From contig NC_086378.1 of NCBI RefSeq assembly GCF_036588685.1, positions 23,188,001 to 23,252,000 on the forward strand: a stretch of 64,000 nucleotides of DNA, in the 5' to 3' direction. This document shows, piece after piece, positions 40,420-55,610 of this stretch (position 1 is the stretch's first letter; each line of letters starts with the position of its first letter). The position numbers and the translations under genes were made by a program. This DNA comes from Mytilus trossulus. Its lineage: Eukaryota. The notes under the pieces are model-generated. The model did no database searches, was not told where the DNA came from, and saw nothing but the letters and a program-made list of their open reading frames with translations.

Positions 40420-42220
40420 TTTCCGTTAAATATGTAAATAATGTAATACAATATTTATTTTACAGGCATGAATGTAATGACAAAATTGAAAACATTGATA
40501 AACAAAATTTTTATCTGCTAACTGAGTCCCTGTGATCGGATTGTGCTTGCCAAGGCGGTCTTCCCTATTTCATGCAAGACTTTGATTTTACATTTCGGAT
40601 ACCCTTATTTTTAGTCCTCCGTTAAATGTATATGTAATAACGTCCGAGATGTTCCATGTTCTTATACAGATGGTTTGACATAATGAATTGTTCAAGTTAC
40701 GTCATGTGTGTGTCTTACCATGTAATACTCATATGACATTACAATGTATATCTGTTTGCCCGATGTAATGTTATAGAAATACTTCGTAATGACTATTCTT
40801 ATGAATATAAAATCACAAAGTAAAAGTTTCGCATCATTTAATGAAATGTTTAATTCATTTTAAGAAGAAATCACATCACGTAACGATGAATTTATATCAT
40901 ATTACGAAGAAACCACATCACATACTGAAGTTTTTACATCATGTAAAGAAAAACCACATCACGTAACGATGAATTCACATCATGTAACGAAGAAACCACA
41001 TTATGAAATGAATAATTCACATCATGTAATGAAGTAACCACTTCTGTATTGAGGAATTCACATCATGTAAAGAAGAAAACACAACACTCTTCCTAAATCT
41101 TTTTTTTATTACTGCCTGTAATATCTATTTTATATATGAACCTACGTTATACAAATGTTTTTACATTTTTTCAACCTTATTCGTTCATTGTATGTTCACT
41201 TGTTTTTGTTAAAATGTCTTTTTGATCGAGTTAAGCCATTTCAAATGATTTTTATAGCATATTTGTATGCTGAAATGTTATACACTTCTGTCTCAGGTTA
41301 TTGGCGCCTGTAAAAACGTTTAAACCCGCTGCTAGGTTTTGTACCTATCCTAAATCAGGAGCCTGTTGTCCAGTGTTGGTGGAGTTTATAGGTGTTTCTC
41401 GTTTCCGTTTTTTTTTATAGATTGGATCGTTGGTTTTCCTGTTTAAATTGATTTAAACTAGTCATGTTGGTGCCCTTTATAGTCTGATGTTGGTTGTAAG
41501 CCAATGCTCCGTGTTAAAGACCGTACTTTAACTTTGTACTTTTTATACATTTTGACTTAAATGGAGTGTTGTATTACAATGTATTATTGGCATCTATTCT
41601 TCTTATATATATAAACAAGTTATCGACAAAAAATAATTTGTTTCAGCTCTTATTAAGTCAATTCTCTTAAAGTTCGATTTTTGCCGATTTGTTTTAAAGT
41701 TTTCGACTGCTGCATTTAATCTTGAACACTATAATAAATAGATTAAAAAATTTAAGAGTAAACATATAATCATCAACAGACATGAGCTGCTAATACTTCA
41801 GCTTACATGTAGATGGATTTTTTTTTTTTATATAAGAATTATTTCCTTTAAATTATCATTTTATCATTTTGTGAGGTTTTGGCAAAAAGATAGGGAGAAA
41901 CTGTAAAACAAAAATATCGGCAATATAAGTTCAACAAAAAAGAGATATTAGTCATGAATATTATTTAAGTCGTTAATGTTGGATAGTACCCATTGGAGAA
42001 GCTGTACATAGACCACAGTTATCGACACTTAGTTCATAAGCACAGTGGTTGATATATGATATTTAAATAAGTCAAGTTAATCAGTTTTTCGAAAACTTCG
42101 TTATTATATTTTTATACGCACGCTTAGATGATAAATTTTGCAAATAATTACGCCTAGAAACTTAAATAAAGTAATTTTCATTCTTTTTTATAATAGTGTT
42201 ATTTACTCTTGAGCACTTAC

Positions 42221-42380
42221 CTTGTATGTTTTAGCATCCGTTGAGAATAATTTTTTTTTTTAATAATCAACACTAAGTTCTGGCTTCCCGGATTAATATC
42301 TCTTTGATCAACAAATTGAAAATTTTCGATTATTGATTGTGACATTTGAACAAAGTCATGTAACACTCCTGGCATTTTAG
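42221..42380 (-). promoter_or_regulatory. Putative 5' non-coding exon of GPCR copy 2
   Basis: acatacaag|GTAAGT donor at 42220; homologous to the blocks in copies 1 and 3. Confidence 0.6.
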
Positions 42381-42650
42381 ACAGTAAACTTCAACACCAT
42401 GATGTTACGTTTGAGTTGATGTTTGAGTTGAGTTTTTTCTTTTTTTTCTTTACATGTCATGAGTCATGAACAGCCTACTTTAATTCATAACATTTGTTTG
42501 ATTGCATGTTAATTTGTGTTTGTGTTGGCGTAATATCATTTTGTCTTGCCTCTGACGAATGTTGTTAAATGCAGGACATAGCGATTGCTATTGATTATAT
42601 CAAGCTGTTTATATTAGATAGAAGACACGAAGGCTTCATGCCTTTTATAT

Positions 42651-42911
42651 TAGACTATTTACAGGATTTGATATCACATAAGCAACACGACGGGTGCCAC
42701 ATGTGGAGCAGAATCTGCTTACCCTTCCGGAGTACATGAGATCACCCCTAGTTTTTGGTGGGGTCCATGCTGTTTATCCTTTGGTTTTCTATGTTGTGTC
42801 ATGTGCACTATTGTTTGTCTGTTTGTCTTTTTCATTTTTAGCCATGGCGTTGTCAGTTTGTTTTAGATTTATGAGATTGATTGTCCCTTTGGTATCTTTC
42901 GTCCCTCTTTT
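42651..42911 (+). mobile_element. 5'-truncated retroelement insertion with 9-bp TSD
   Basis: CTTTTATAT at 42642-42650 and 42907-42915. A single copy is at the paralogous empty site 5178-5186. Confidence 0.8.
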
Positions 42912-43789
42912 ATATCGGCAATTATCTAATGTCACAAAGTTTCTGTCTGTCTTTAGTCCTCTGTCCTCCTTTTTATTGTTCAGCAACTGCTTAAAGTTGT
43001 ATTTTAGTTTTTGTTAAACTCGTTAATGGTGAATATTATTTTGTATATGGGACCCTTGCACGGCATACAATGGCGTCCGACATTACTGACCTGCCTTAGA
43101 CATTGTTTCCTAGATCGGTGGTCAAGGTTATCTTTTTATGTAATCACACCCGCATCTTCGATACTGTAATCAATAGGTCAATCAGATTTGGTGAAAAATA
43201 TACGGGGGTAATTGAAAGGTTTATATGTCCGACTGAATGGGTTGATCTGACCATCACCTTATTTACATGATTAGATGTTTAAGTCAAGGTGTTTTAGCTT
43301 TGTCTATTTCTGACATTCTACAAGCAATAGTTCAGCTCTTATTGGTATATTAATTGATTGAACGATGGGCATGTCCGTCTGGTAAGTTTTATTTTATCAT
43401 AATCTGTTTTATTATTCAGTTGAATGTTTTAACCTTTTCAAACTTATTTCTCAGATACTTTGAGAAATAGTGCCAATATGTTTGGTGTTTGGAATGATTG
43501 TAATGTGAACATGTCTGTTTGGCAGGTTATATTCGACATTGACTTCATTGTTCACAAAAAATCAAAGAAAGATAGCTGTGTTCCCTGACCTAATAATCTA
43601 CAACAACAGCTCAACTATAGTTGGTGTATGAAATGATTGCCAGGTGAACATGTTGTCCTCAATTTTCATCTGTCTTGTTTAACTTTAGACTCTTTATACC
43701 AAGGCTCATATAAATAACGGTAAACTTTTTTGAGTAATTGATGGTATCGTATTTTCACCACATATGAATACTCTGTGTAATCCGTTGGT

Positions 43790-45150
43790 GGGTAGGTTGT
43801 GATAAACAAAATCTTTAAAAACCATTTAGAGTTACGACCCGTATAATTTGATTCCTTAACTTAATATTCATAAAGAAGCAATAAACCAAGAGCTTTAAAT
43901 TGTAAAGTTGGGTTCCTAAATTTTACGGACGACATCACTACTTGGTTGACCGATTGAAATATCCGTTTCACAGATGACATCTGATTTGTTCCCTATGTTG
44001 ATCCTTCAACCTTGTTCTCTTTTCACGAATGTGATCTACCATATTAGACTATTTGATTTTGTTTGTAATAACATGAGCAACCCCACGGGTGCCACATGGG
44101 GAGCAGTATTTGTCTACCCTTCCTTTCGAAAAACCTAATATCAACCACAGGTTTTGGTACGGTTCGCGTTGCTTAGTCTTTATTTGTCTAGGGTTTTTTT
44201 TTAGCCATGGCATTGTCATTTGTTTTATCTATGAGTTTGACTGTCCCGTTGGTATCTTTCGCCCCTCTTTGATTACCGATTGATGACTAATTTGAATAAA
44301 AAGTATGACACTATCATACTAGTGTCATACTAAAGATATTTCTGAAGTGGTTTTTTTTATATATAAAAAAGAGAGAAAATGTGGTATGATTGCCAATGAG
44401 ACAACTTTCAACAAGAGACATAAGTGAGTAGGTTGTGATAAAAAAAAAATCTTTAAAACCCCTTCATAGATACGACCCGTATAATTTGGTTAACTAAACC
44501 CTTGTTTCCTTGACTTAATATTCGTAAAGAAGCACTACACCAAAAGATTTAAATTGTAATGTTGAGTTCCTTCCTTCGTAAATTTTACGGACACCATCAC
44601 GACTTGGTGGGCCGTTTTGAAATATCTGTTTCACAGATGATATCTGATATGTTCGTTATGTTGATACTTCAATCTAATTAACTCTTTTCGAATATGATCT
44701 ACCAAATTAGACTATTTAATTTGGTTTGTAATAACATGAGCAATACAACGGGTGTCATATGTGCAGCAGGACCTGCTTACCCTTCCTTCCGACGAAACTG
44801 ATGTCACCGCCAGGTTTTGATGGGGTTTGTGTTGCGTAGTCTTTAGTTTTCTATATTGTGACTTTTGAACTATTATTTGTCTGTTTGTCTTTTTCTTTTT
44901 GTAGCCATGGATTTGTCATATTTTTTCGATCTATGAGTTCGACTGTCCCTTTGGTATCTTTCGCCCCTCTTTGATTACAAAATCAAAATAGAAGGATGAC
45001 TAATTTAAATTATAAGTATGACACTATCATACATTAGTGGCACATTGAATATATTGCTTAAGTGGTTGTTTTTATAAAAAAAAAAAAAAAAAAAAAAAAA
45101 AGAAGGATTTTGTGGTATGATGCCAATGAGACAATTCTCAACAAGAGACC
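43790..45150. repeat. Local diverged tandem duplication (~630-720 bp units)
   Basis: The block gtaggttgtgataa...aacaagagac occurs twice here and once at 5220-5870. Confidence 0.75.
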
Positions 45151-48100
45151 ATAATGACACAATAATTAACAACTATATGTCACCATATGGCCTTCAACAA
45201 TAAGCAGTGCCCATACCGCATAGTCAGCCATAAAAGGCCCCAAAATAGCAATGTAAGTTATTCAAACGAGAAAACTAACCGCTTAATTCATGTTTGGTTA
45301 TATTGAAATATTTTATTTTCATTATATTTGTTAAATTGAAATTTGGTGCAGATAGTAATATTTCAGTTTTTCTATAGACGATGTAACGATTTTGGGATTG
45401 ACATATTTTGTAAGCACATATCTATAGTTCGTGAAGTCAGATATTTCATTAAGGATTTTAGGAATTTTTTTGAAAGATATCAAAACATCTCTTTTCATTC
45501 ATATATGTATAGTCGTTTGAATTTGATGCGATCGTCATACAAGTGAGAGGTTTAGTTCTACTGAAAATGACTTTATCAAGTCAGGAATATGATAGTTGTT
45601 GTCCTGTTTAATGTGTTTAAGCTTTTCATTGCCATTTGTTTAAGGACTCCGACTCCAATTTTCCTCCGAGTTCAGTATGTTTGTGACTTTAGTTTTTGAT
45701 AATTTTTTATTGAATAACACAATATTAAATTATTCCACATTTTGTCAGAACTCGTATGTTCCACACAATAATATAAGGTCGACTAGACATATACAAAAGA
45801 TATACTCTGCCCTTATTCAAGACAGAATAAAATTTTAGTTGAGAGTATATTAAAAACTACATTTCAATGAGCACTAGCTGTCAAATTATGGTTCACATAT
45901 TTTAATCAAATTCTCGCATTTGATTTAAAACAATGTAAAACATTTATTCAAACTATTAAAAGTATAAAATAAACAATAAACAGGACACGGTCATGAAAAT
46001 ACGTAGCTTCGTTTCGTGTTCTTTTTAGTCCAGGCGCCATCTAATTAATTATCGAGTTGACCTCTCAAGTCATCATATGGCCGTATAAGCCATGTAAACA
46101 TAAATATAGATATAAATACATTAAGCAATATCGTGCTGTTGGATTAATCAAGGTCTGTTTAGCATGGTTTTTACCAGTATAAGAACGTTTTATGTGTGGA
46201 TCGAATCAGTCAATCAAATGGTTTACCTTTGTTTCATTTTCAATGTTGACATTCTTTTCCTTTAATTAACTTTACACATACAACTCAATTGCTATCCTTA
46301 TCAAGCTAAGGTGTCAAATTGAAGTTTACATGAATACGGATTCCATGAGGTCGAATTATCCACTTGCAAGTGAATAATTCATAATCAATGTTTTTTTAGC
46401 TTATTTTGACAAAATTCAACCATTCTTGCTTATAAAAGCTAATTATTATTTCATTATTTGCGTTTCATAAATGGTTGAGTTTAAAAAATAGAATATTAGA
46501 TTTTTTATATCTCCCGTGGTAAATGCCCCTTTAAATTACTTATGTATTACTTGATATGCGTCATTACGTTTAATTCGACAAAAATAATGAAAATGAAAAT
46601 AAGGAATGTGTCAATGCATATGATCAAATAATAGATAGGGACCAAACATGTGATGGAAATTGATTTCCCTAGTTTCTGGAACAATCAAGGATGTCTGTTT
46701 GACAACAGATGCTGTAAATTTTAAATTCGATAGTATCGCGTTAGTTCAGTGACATGTTTGTCCTCAAAGCTAAGTAATACCGCATGGGATAGAACATATT
46801 AGATTTGAACTATTAAAATTGTCATGCCTTGCTTAAAATTGAAATTGGTTGGCGTATATACTAAATTTAGTCCTGGTATCTATGATGAGTTTATTTACAA
46901 AGCTTCGGATTAGTAAAGATAGTGATAGTTAAACGCTTCTGACTCAGTTTCTGTCAAAAGATTTTTTTTCATTTGTTATTTGAACAATGAACATATGATC
47001 CAACGTTCCAAAATATTATTACATGGATAAGTTCCTGTGTTACCATGGAAACATCAAGTTAAGAATATTTCAATTACAAATCTGCAATAGGTACTGATTA
47101 ATATCATTCAATTTGACGTTTCAAGCTAAGGTATTACTCGCAGTGATACTAAAACACCTCAACTGTTTTCATTCGACTCATGCAATTATCTTATTAATAT
47201 TAAAAAATATATTTAAGTTAATGCACAAAATGTTCGTCAGTTATGCTAAAGGCCAAAAATGTTGAAGAGCAGATTACATAATTATCTATAAATAAGCATG
47301 GTCCAATGAAAACCATTTACTCTATCTGACTTTTATAGAGTATGCATTGAAGATCTTGCTTATTTTATTCCATGATATAAAAGGAAGGAGGAGGATATAC
47401 TTTAAAAATTAAAACATTGTTCTTAAAAAAATACACTAAAGGGGGAAGGGCAAATTCATACTGTTGCATTACACTATGAAATCTAGGATGCAGTTGTCTA
47501 TTACTATATATGATCAATATATTTAGGATTAATGCAACTGAGACAGTTAACCAGTATTACAAATAAACTCCTAAATTTGACTAGTTAATGAAATATACAA
47601 TTTTTATTTTAAATATAATCAAAGTTTCCTAAAATAAAACCATGATAAAGAAAAATAGATTTAAACCTTCTATTGTTTAAAAAAAATACAACGAGTAGAA
47701 AAATTGCCTCATGTACAATTTTTTTAAATTATTTTTCTTTATTTTTTCCGACTTTTTAAAAGCTTTAACATTATGTAATGCACGGATTTGAATTGCACAA
47801 ATCTTGAAATTTTATTATATTTTTTTTGTTTGTTCTACTATTAAGAATTGAAAAAAGTGATAGTGAGCGAGCGAATTCTTCGATTCCTTTTCTAAATAAA
47901 ATTTTGATTAGAAGGAATGATTTTATCTAACAGTAAAACAACATAATCAAAATACAAACCACTATCTATTCTTTTTGGAAAACAATATGTATGTTCAACT
48001 GGCTAAATTGATCAACAATAGATATTCTAAACTACTCCTCATTTAAAATGCATGTATTTTGTTCCTAAAATCTAAAAAGGTTATCGATTGGAAAAGACAG

Positions 48101-51100
48101 AACGTGTTGTACTGACCGAGCCAAAAAGTTCCTACATTCAATTTGCAATATTAAAAACAACGATACAGCACTGTTATTGTTATTCCTCGTGTGAACGACA
48201 TGTTGAGTTTTACTTTATTTAACTTATTTGTCAATGTATTTGCCAAAAGATAATCATCACAAAATCAATAGCGCTAGTTTTGAATCGTGAAAAACTTAAA
48301 TTAGAACTTTGTTAATCTCGGATTAAAAGCAATTAAAAGCAGTGACTCATTCAGTTCAAAAATATCATCTATAATTGATTAGAAAACAAATTATTACAAC
48401 TTATATCCATCCCTTTCCTCTTTGTTGGTGCGAGTGCTGTCTTTTTGTGGCATTAGTCTGCTCATTTCCGAAATGAACAAGGATGTCTTTTACGTTCAAG
48501 ATATATTGCTCTCTCTTAACACAGGTTTACTGCAGACTCCCGACGTTCTACCGTTTATAAGCTGTGAAACCTAATTCTTAATCATGTAGTGAACCAACAA
48601 CTATTAGATTTCAATCAAATATTAGACAAAATAAAACCAAATCAAAATCAAAATGTCATTTTTTTTTAATATTTTCAATTTTCGGTCATACTTAAGCTCA
48701 TGCAGTCATGTATATGTTTATTGTATATTGTGCAGCATTTTTAGTGATCAATAGGGAATGCCATTGGTTAAAAGTCACGCATAATGGTAAGAATACAATT
48801 ATTGTAAAATAGTTTGTATAGCCTTTTTACTTCTTGGATCGGTTTACCACGTAATAAAGGTATTATTTTGATTCACTACTATGAAGAAATAAATAAATTG
48901 ACTAATGAAAAGAATATATTTTCTTATTTAAGGCTTGCATTGAGCTAGACAAAACTTCAGAACGAAACAAATACACCATCCTTTCCATAAAATAGTCGCG
49001 ACCTGATTTATATGAATTTCCTTTGCTCCAAAAACTACTGTGAACAGTCTCATTTTTACGGAATAAGATTTAATAACATTTTCATAATCAAACGCATTTT
49101 CTCATTTACCAATCTCAACACCAATTTAAAATTTGTAATTAATTGATTCAATCATTCTAGAGTAAATGCTTGAATATCTGACGATAAGGGTCCCATGATA
49201 ACTCAGATTTGACGAATTGGAAAATATGTTAATCCATAATTTATTGATTCTAAATTTGACTTATTCGTCCAAACAATTATCAAGATAATGTACACTCTTC
49301 CGTACAGTTTGTGAAGTTTTTACTTAAATCCGAAGTTCCACTCCCTAAGCTCAAGAAAACCTTACCAGAAAATATTCGAAATAAAAAAGGAGGTTTTTTT
49401 AAGCAATCTCAACCGTTTGTGTTGCAAAATGTTCGTTTTTATCATGTCATATGCACGGCCTATTATTTCCCACTCTTAATGATATTTATTTTTAAAGCCT
49501 CCTTCTCACACTCAAAATTAAATTCGAATATAGCTGATTAGTGCGTGGTCATATATCTTACAAATCAATGGCGTCCATTCCAAGTATTTCCTAATTAAAA
49601 TTTATAGATCATAACATGACTTTTTTTTCTAAATTAGCGCTGACATCATCCCGAGGCCCACATATTAGGTCTTGGGCGTAAGTAAATTAACATTTGTTGT
49701 AATCTAAATATTTATTTAAAAACAGAAAACAAAGGGCATTCTTTATATTTCTAAAATATCTAAAATATGTATTTTCCGGAATATCTAAGTACCATGTAAG
49801 CGTATTAGTGGTCTTCGGTGAAAAAAACTAAAATAAATTTTTATGATTATTGATTGTTTTCAAGTCAGAATAGGTAGTTGTTATCATTTAGTTCGTTTCT
49901 ATGTATATTGGCGTTTGTTTTGTTACACTTTAGTGTTTATGTTGTTCCTTAGTTTTCCTCTTATAGTTTATGAGTTTCCATCGGTTTTAATTTGTAATCC
50001 GGATTTGTTTTCTTTAAATCGATTATGACTTTTGGACGTAGTTACTAAATCATATTTCCCTAATGACATCAGTAATGATAATTAATTAAATGAAATTAAA
50101 TTGCAGAAAAATAAGTGCAATATAGCATTTTTTCTTATCAACCAATCGCTCAGTATTGGGAAGGGAGGTGTCGATGTCCCTAAATGGGCGAATGAGGTTC
50201 ACTAAAACCAAAGTTGTTGATGCCATGTAACGAGCTCGTCGTAACGTTGAGTATAATTCAATGTGTTGTTTCAGTTAAAATTTTGCATGAGAAAATAATT
50301 TGCAGAACCCCCGTTTGACTGTTAGCAAGGATCGGATAATTGTTTTTCGCTACTTCGAAGAAATATATTAATAGATTAGGAAAAATAATGATTTTCTTGT
50401 TTAATGCTTACATGGTATTATACCCTAGCTCAGAATAAACAAATAGTCGCTCCTTAAAGTATATGAATAATGTCAAAGTATATGACAGTAAACAGTCTCA
50501 AAATTCATGAATAAGATATCAGAAAATTCCAAATTCAACACAAGTTTACATTCATCTATTCCCAAAATAATTTGTAATATGTAGTAATTTGTTTAAATTA
50601 TACCAGTGTTAATTAATGAATATCTGAGGATTCGGGTCCCCTGATTACTCTGAAATGACAATTTGGAAAATATTTTGATCGATTGATCATTGATATTTTA
50701 TTTGACCTGTTCATTAAATTATCATGATTGTATAATGTCTCCAATAAATTAGTCAAATACAATTGAGAATAGAAATGGGGAATATGTCAAAGACCAAAGA
50801 GCGGCATAAGTATATAAAAATTGTCAATATAAATGAGTCAATTCAATTTGTTGATTTGGTTAAAATGTCAAAACACATTAAGTTTAAGGTACAGGTTGCG
50901 AAATGTATTTTAGATCTCAACTCCTACAACTTAAGAGCATCAAACGAATTATAATGGAGCACCTCCAATCAATCGCAACAATAACAGTACCTTCCGAGAA
51001 AAGCAGTTGACACCATGGTGATTTATGCGCAATATGGTAAATTACCTCAAGGTAGATTGACTATATACTGCCATCTTGGATTGTGCAATAACAGTACACA

Positions 51101-51927
51101 ATCAGTCTAGATGTTTGAAAAAATCTGCAAAATGTATGACAGATTGGTAACGTGTGTGTAGGAATGTTTATGTGTACTTAAAAAAAGTAATTTATTGCAT
51201 ACTCCAAAATGTTTTAACAAATACTCAATATTCGTGTTTTAAAGTTTTTAACTTAGCCGTAATAGGAGATATAACTCTGATGGTAAAATTTTATTGCTGG
51301 AATGAATATAACATTTCTATTGGTTTACTTGTAGCAAGAAAACACGTTTTATGACATAATTTTATCATTTTATGTTTTTAAAGCATATCATTTAACCTAA
51401 AAAATATAGTATATGCCAAAACACTTAGTTAACAGCGCCTGATTTGGTGTGCTGACATAATATGTCTCTAAACACATTAGCTCAAAATGGAGCTTTCGTT
51501 AGTAGAAGCCATATTAACTATGTATATTTCATATTATAAAACTTTTATATTTTATTTCAAAATTCTATCTCACAAAAATCAGGGTTTTTAAAAATATATA
51601 AACATTTGGGCAATTGGATTGTAAAAATAGAAGTGTGATCCATACTTTTGATCATATTTGTGAAAAAAAAAGAATGGTAAAATTTTCATTTTGACGAAAT
51701 AAGGAGTTTTATCTAAGAAATTATATACCTATGATCGATCTGAAAATTAACGAGTATGTTACTGTATTGTTACTGTTTCGACACACTAGAACATTAATTA
51801 AATCAAAATGTAGCTCCTATTTTACATTTCACTTATTTCCGATAATTACACTCCAGAAACTCTGACACAACAAAAACAAGAGTTTTACGGTCAAAATTAT
51901 CAAATATATAAACTACAAACACTACTG

Positions 51928-52251
51928 CATTACAAAATCACACAGATACTGTGTGGAGTAGGCCAGGTAATACCTCTTTTTGGCCCCAAAATATAGCATT
52001 TTTAAAAAGTTGTTAAAATGTTAACTTATAGTTATCTATTAAAAAATGTAACATGATTTTGTTATATTAATATATTGATATATTTTTGACATTACAAAAT
52101 CACACAGATACTGTGTGGAGTAGGCCAGGTAATACCTCTTTTTGGCCCCAAAATATAGCATTTTTAAAAAGTTGTTAAAATGTTAACTTATAGTTATCTA
52201 TTAAAAAATGTAACATGATTTTGTTATATTAATATATTGATATATTTTTGA
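51928..52251. repeat. Perfect 162-bp tandem duplication
   Basis: 51928-52089 equals 52090-52251. It includes a MITE-type terminus ggagtaggcc...ttggccccaaaatatagca. Confidence 0.9.
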
Positions 52252-54159
52252 TAATACAATGAACATTCATCAGGTACGCAAAAATACTGATATCTTCACA
52301 GTTCAAACGTGTTGACTTATTTTAAGACTGTTTTTGTCTTAAATGTAAGTGATCTCACTTTTGTTCATTTTTAATATTTAAATATGTACTAAAACATGTA
52401 AAACATCCGGTCATTGTGGAACATTTGAGTTTTCTTGTCTTTAATTTTTGCTAATATACTTGGTCTTTATGTCCTTGTGTGCTCCTGTGTTACATATTTG
52501 TATGTTTTTGTAGTGATTAGAATTATAACAGAATGTTGAATGCTGTCACAATTACAACAAAATAACTAGTGTCTGTTTATTTTGTTCACGTATCGTTGTT
52601 GATATAATGGCATTTGATGTGACACTCCTACAATTGAGAGGTTTAGCTAGCTATAAAACCATGTTGAATCCAGTATTTTCTACATAAAAAATGGCTGAGC
52701 CAAGTCAGGAATATGACAGTTGTTATTCATTTGTTTGTTGTGTTTGAGCTTTTGATTCTGCCATTTGATTTAGGATTTTAGGTTTCAAATTTTCAACGCT
52801 TGGCTAATTTTTAACTTCATCAAAAGCATGCTGTTGATTCATTTCTTTTTGTTGGGTACCAATTTGCTTGGATTTCTAGGAACAACGAAATCAAATAATC
52901 AATGAATTAGATATTTTTTTATGCTTTGTATGCACTGATGGACAATACCATGGAATCAAATATCCAAGAATATACAAGATAGATACACACGAAAACAAAT
53001 GAATCCACAGTAGGTGTTTTGTACATGACGTCATAATTTATTGTTCAAACTACAATTATAATAATACATCATTCAAATAAATACTAAAAACAAATCCACA
53101 TACCTGAAACTGTGTTAGAAAAGAAGTAAATCACAAAAAATAAATCCCAGGACAATTCAAATAGGAAAGTCCTTAATCAAATGGCAAAGTCAAAAGCTCA
53201 AATACATCAAACGAATGAATAAACAACTGTCCTGACTTGGTAAATGCATTTCTTATGTAGAAAATATTGAATTTAATCTGGTATTAAAGGTAGCAAAACC
53301 TCTGACTTGTATGACAGTCGCATCAAATTCAATAATATTGACAACGATATATGAATAAAACAAACAGACATGATAGACACAAATGACAAAAATTGGGGTA
53401 CTACAGTCACCATAGTGTTATAATATCAATCTTAATCGCTATAACAACATACAAATTTTTAACAAAAAATGAAAGGATGTTCAAGTACAGAGCCACGTAA
53501 CATATATCTGTGAAACACAAAAAAAAGCATTTAGACAAAGCACATTACCGAACAATATGAAAGACAAGAATTCAAAGATAATCATGGAAAAATGACACAG
53601 TCAGAAGATGTAAAAAAAAAAACCAGTACAACATGTCAAATTATATTCATAAAGACAAATAAAAGAATACTTTAACACGTTATTAAGATGAAAAACAACG
53701 TCAAAGCCCATAATCTATACTTCATGGCCACCGTGTATCATTTGTGAAGTTTATACGGAGTACTCATCAACAGGGTCTTGGTACCTCCTGTAATGAATCA
53801 TTTTGTTAGAGCTGCGTTGCAGTTTTCTTACTTAACAAAACTAAAATAAAACATTACAATTAACTGCTTGATTTTAGCAAGATATTATTGATGTAATTTA
53901 ATCAAACCACATGCATGTTTTGATAACACGATATTCCATAATTCGTTATCAAACAAATATGCTTGTTGCTTTCAGTATCTAAGGAAATCATTTTTATCAA
54001 ATGTGTAGTCCCTATATAATATATGATCATGCATTTATTGAATAAAAAGTGATGAAACATTACAACTAATATATAATTCATTTAAGATGTGTTTGCCCCA
54101 ATAGTTCGTGCATACCGGACTTAACGTTGCTCCAGTACTTGTTTGGTTTATTTGATATT

Positions 54160-54225
54160 TTGATCTGAGCCTAATGTAGACGAAACGCGCGTCTGACGTA
54201 TTAAATTATATTCCTGATACCTTTC
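54160..54225 (+). ncRNA. Hammerhead remnant, 3' half
   Basis: gtagac GAAAC gcgc GTC tgacgt is retained and CTGATGA is deleted. A second degenerate copy is at 54770-54845. Confidence 0.6.
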
Positions 54226-55339
54226 AGCTATGCTATATTCAATAATGTCCGAAAAGATCTCGTACATACACAGTTTTCCCTAATTATGACATCTGACAAA
54301 AGTGGTATCATATGTTTGTCAAAAATTAAATCACGAGGAAAATTCAATCGGAAAGTCCCTAATCACTAGACAAAATCAAATCACAAAATACATCAAAACG
54401 CATGGACAAGTGCAAGATAACTATGTCATCTGTGAATATGAAGAGATATTTGAATGTATTTCCATAATACAGTAACCAAACGAACAAAATAACAATTAAA
54501 CACATACTTTAGTTAAAGTTTCATTCTTGAACAGTAAGCTGTGTGGGTTCATACAAACCATTAAATCAAAAATTGTCACGGAGTCTAAAAGAAACTATAA
54601 AATATCAACTTCCAGCAACCAATTCCAATTAAGAAAAACATAATCATAATATGTATATATGTGATATAAAAATTATTTAAAAAAAAACCATTCAGAAATT
54701 TCTTAAGTAGGACATTGGCACAGATATCATCTGCTTGAACCTTCCAACCTTTTTTATTCGTTACCACTAAATTAACGAGTCTTCAAATGACGAAACTAGC
54801 GTCTGGTATGCCGAAATATAATACTGGTATTTTGGATGAGTTTTTTAACAAGTTGTCAAATACTGCATCATGTAATGTTTTGTCATTGTGAAAAATACGA
54901 CATGATTATAATCGCAATAATTTAAACTCGCATTTTGAAATTCCTCATATGAATTAACAGGATTTTCTCAATATCGCAATAATAAAAATCGCATTTTAGT
55001 ATGAGTATACAGTCAAATCAAGGAACCAATATATAGCAGAGGATTTATTACTTTTGTTTTTGCACATCGCTCTTTGTATATGTACAAACAAATATAATCA
55101 AATATATTTTAAGACAGCGAGACTATTACATCGAATACAAGGATAACTACGATACATCCAGTCTATATCGTATACTCGTTGTGTTGAAAACCCATAGGTT
55201 GCCTTCGGTTGTTTTCTTCTCGTTGGTCGGGTTGTTGTCTATTTGATATATTTCCCATTTCTATTCTCAATTGTATAACGTTACTGACTTATCTTTATGA
55301 ATCAAACATGATATAGGGGTATTTTACTTTTACTTTTTT

Positions 55340-55610
55340 GAATGCAATGAATATTAAAATGTTAAAATGTCACAACCAATAGCCGACTGGACTGTCATTT
55401 CCATTCTATTAGTTTTAATTTATATAATACAAATAACGTTATCACCAATCAATTAAGAGCAAACATGATTAAAAATTTATAATGTGGTGATACAAGTAAT
55501 ATTTGAAAAAAATCCACATTAGTTAGGGTCAGCCAGGATGCCTGAAATCAGTGCTATTACTTAACAATTAATATATTCTTAATGGATGTATGAAGTTAAA
55601 TATATAAAAG
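55340..55610 (+). promoter_or_regulatory. Putative promoter/5' non-coding exon of intact GPCR copy 3
   Basis: aaatgtcacaaCCAATag, ccaggatgcctgaaatcagtg, tattcttaatggatg and aag|GTAAGTG (55611) all align with the copy 1/2 blocks. Confidence 0.6.

Larger units (their letters stand above)
36839..48109. repeat. Segmental duplication, right copy (partner 1-9478)
   Basis: Colinear with the left copy. Extra segments at 39858-40419, 42651-43760 and 43790-44424. Confidence 0.9.

Noticed and set aside
42694-43017. Hydrophobic 107-aa ORF (also 44089, 32836, 33089, 23188)
   Set aside because: They fall within T-rich interspersed repeats present in several diverged copies.
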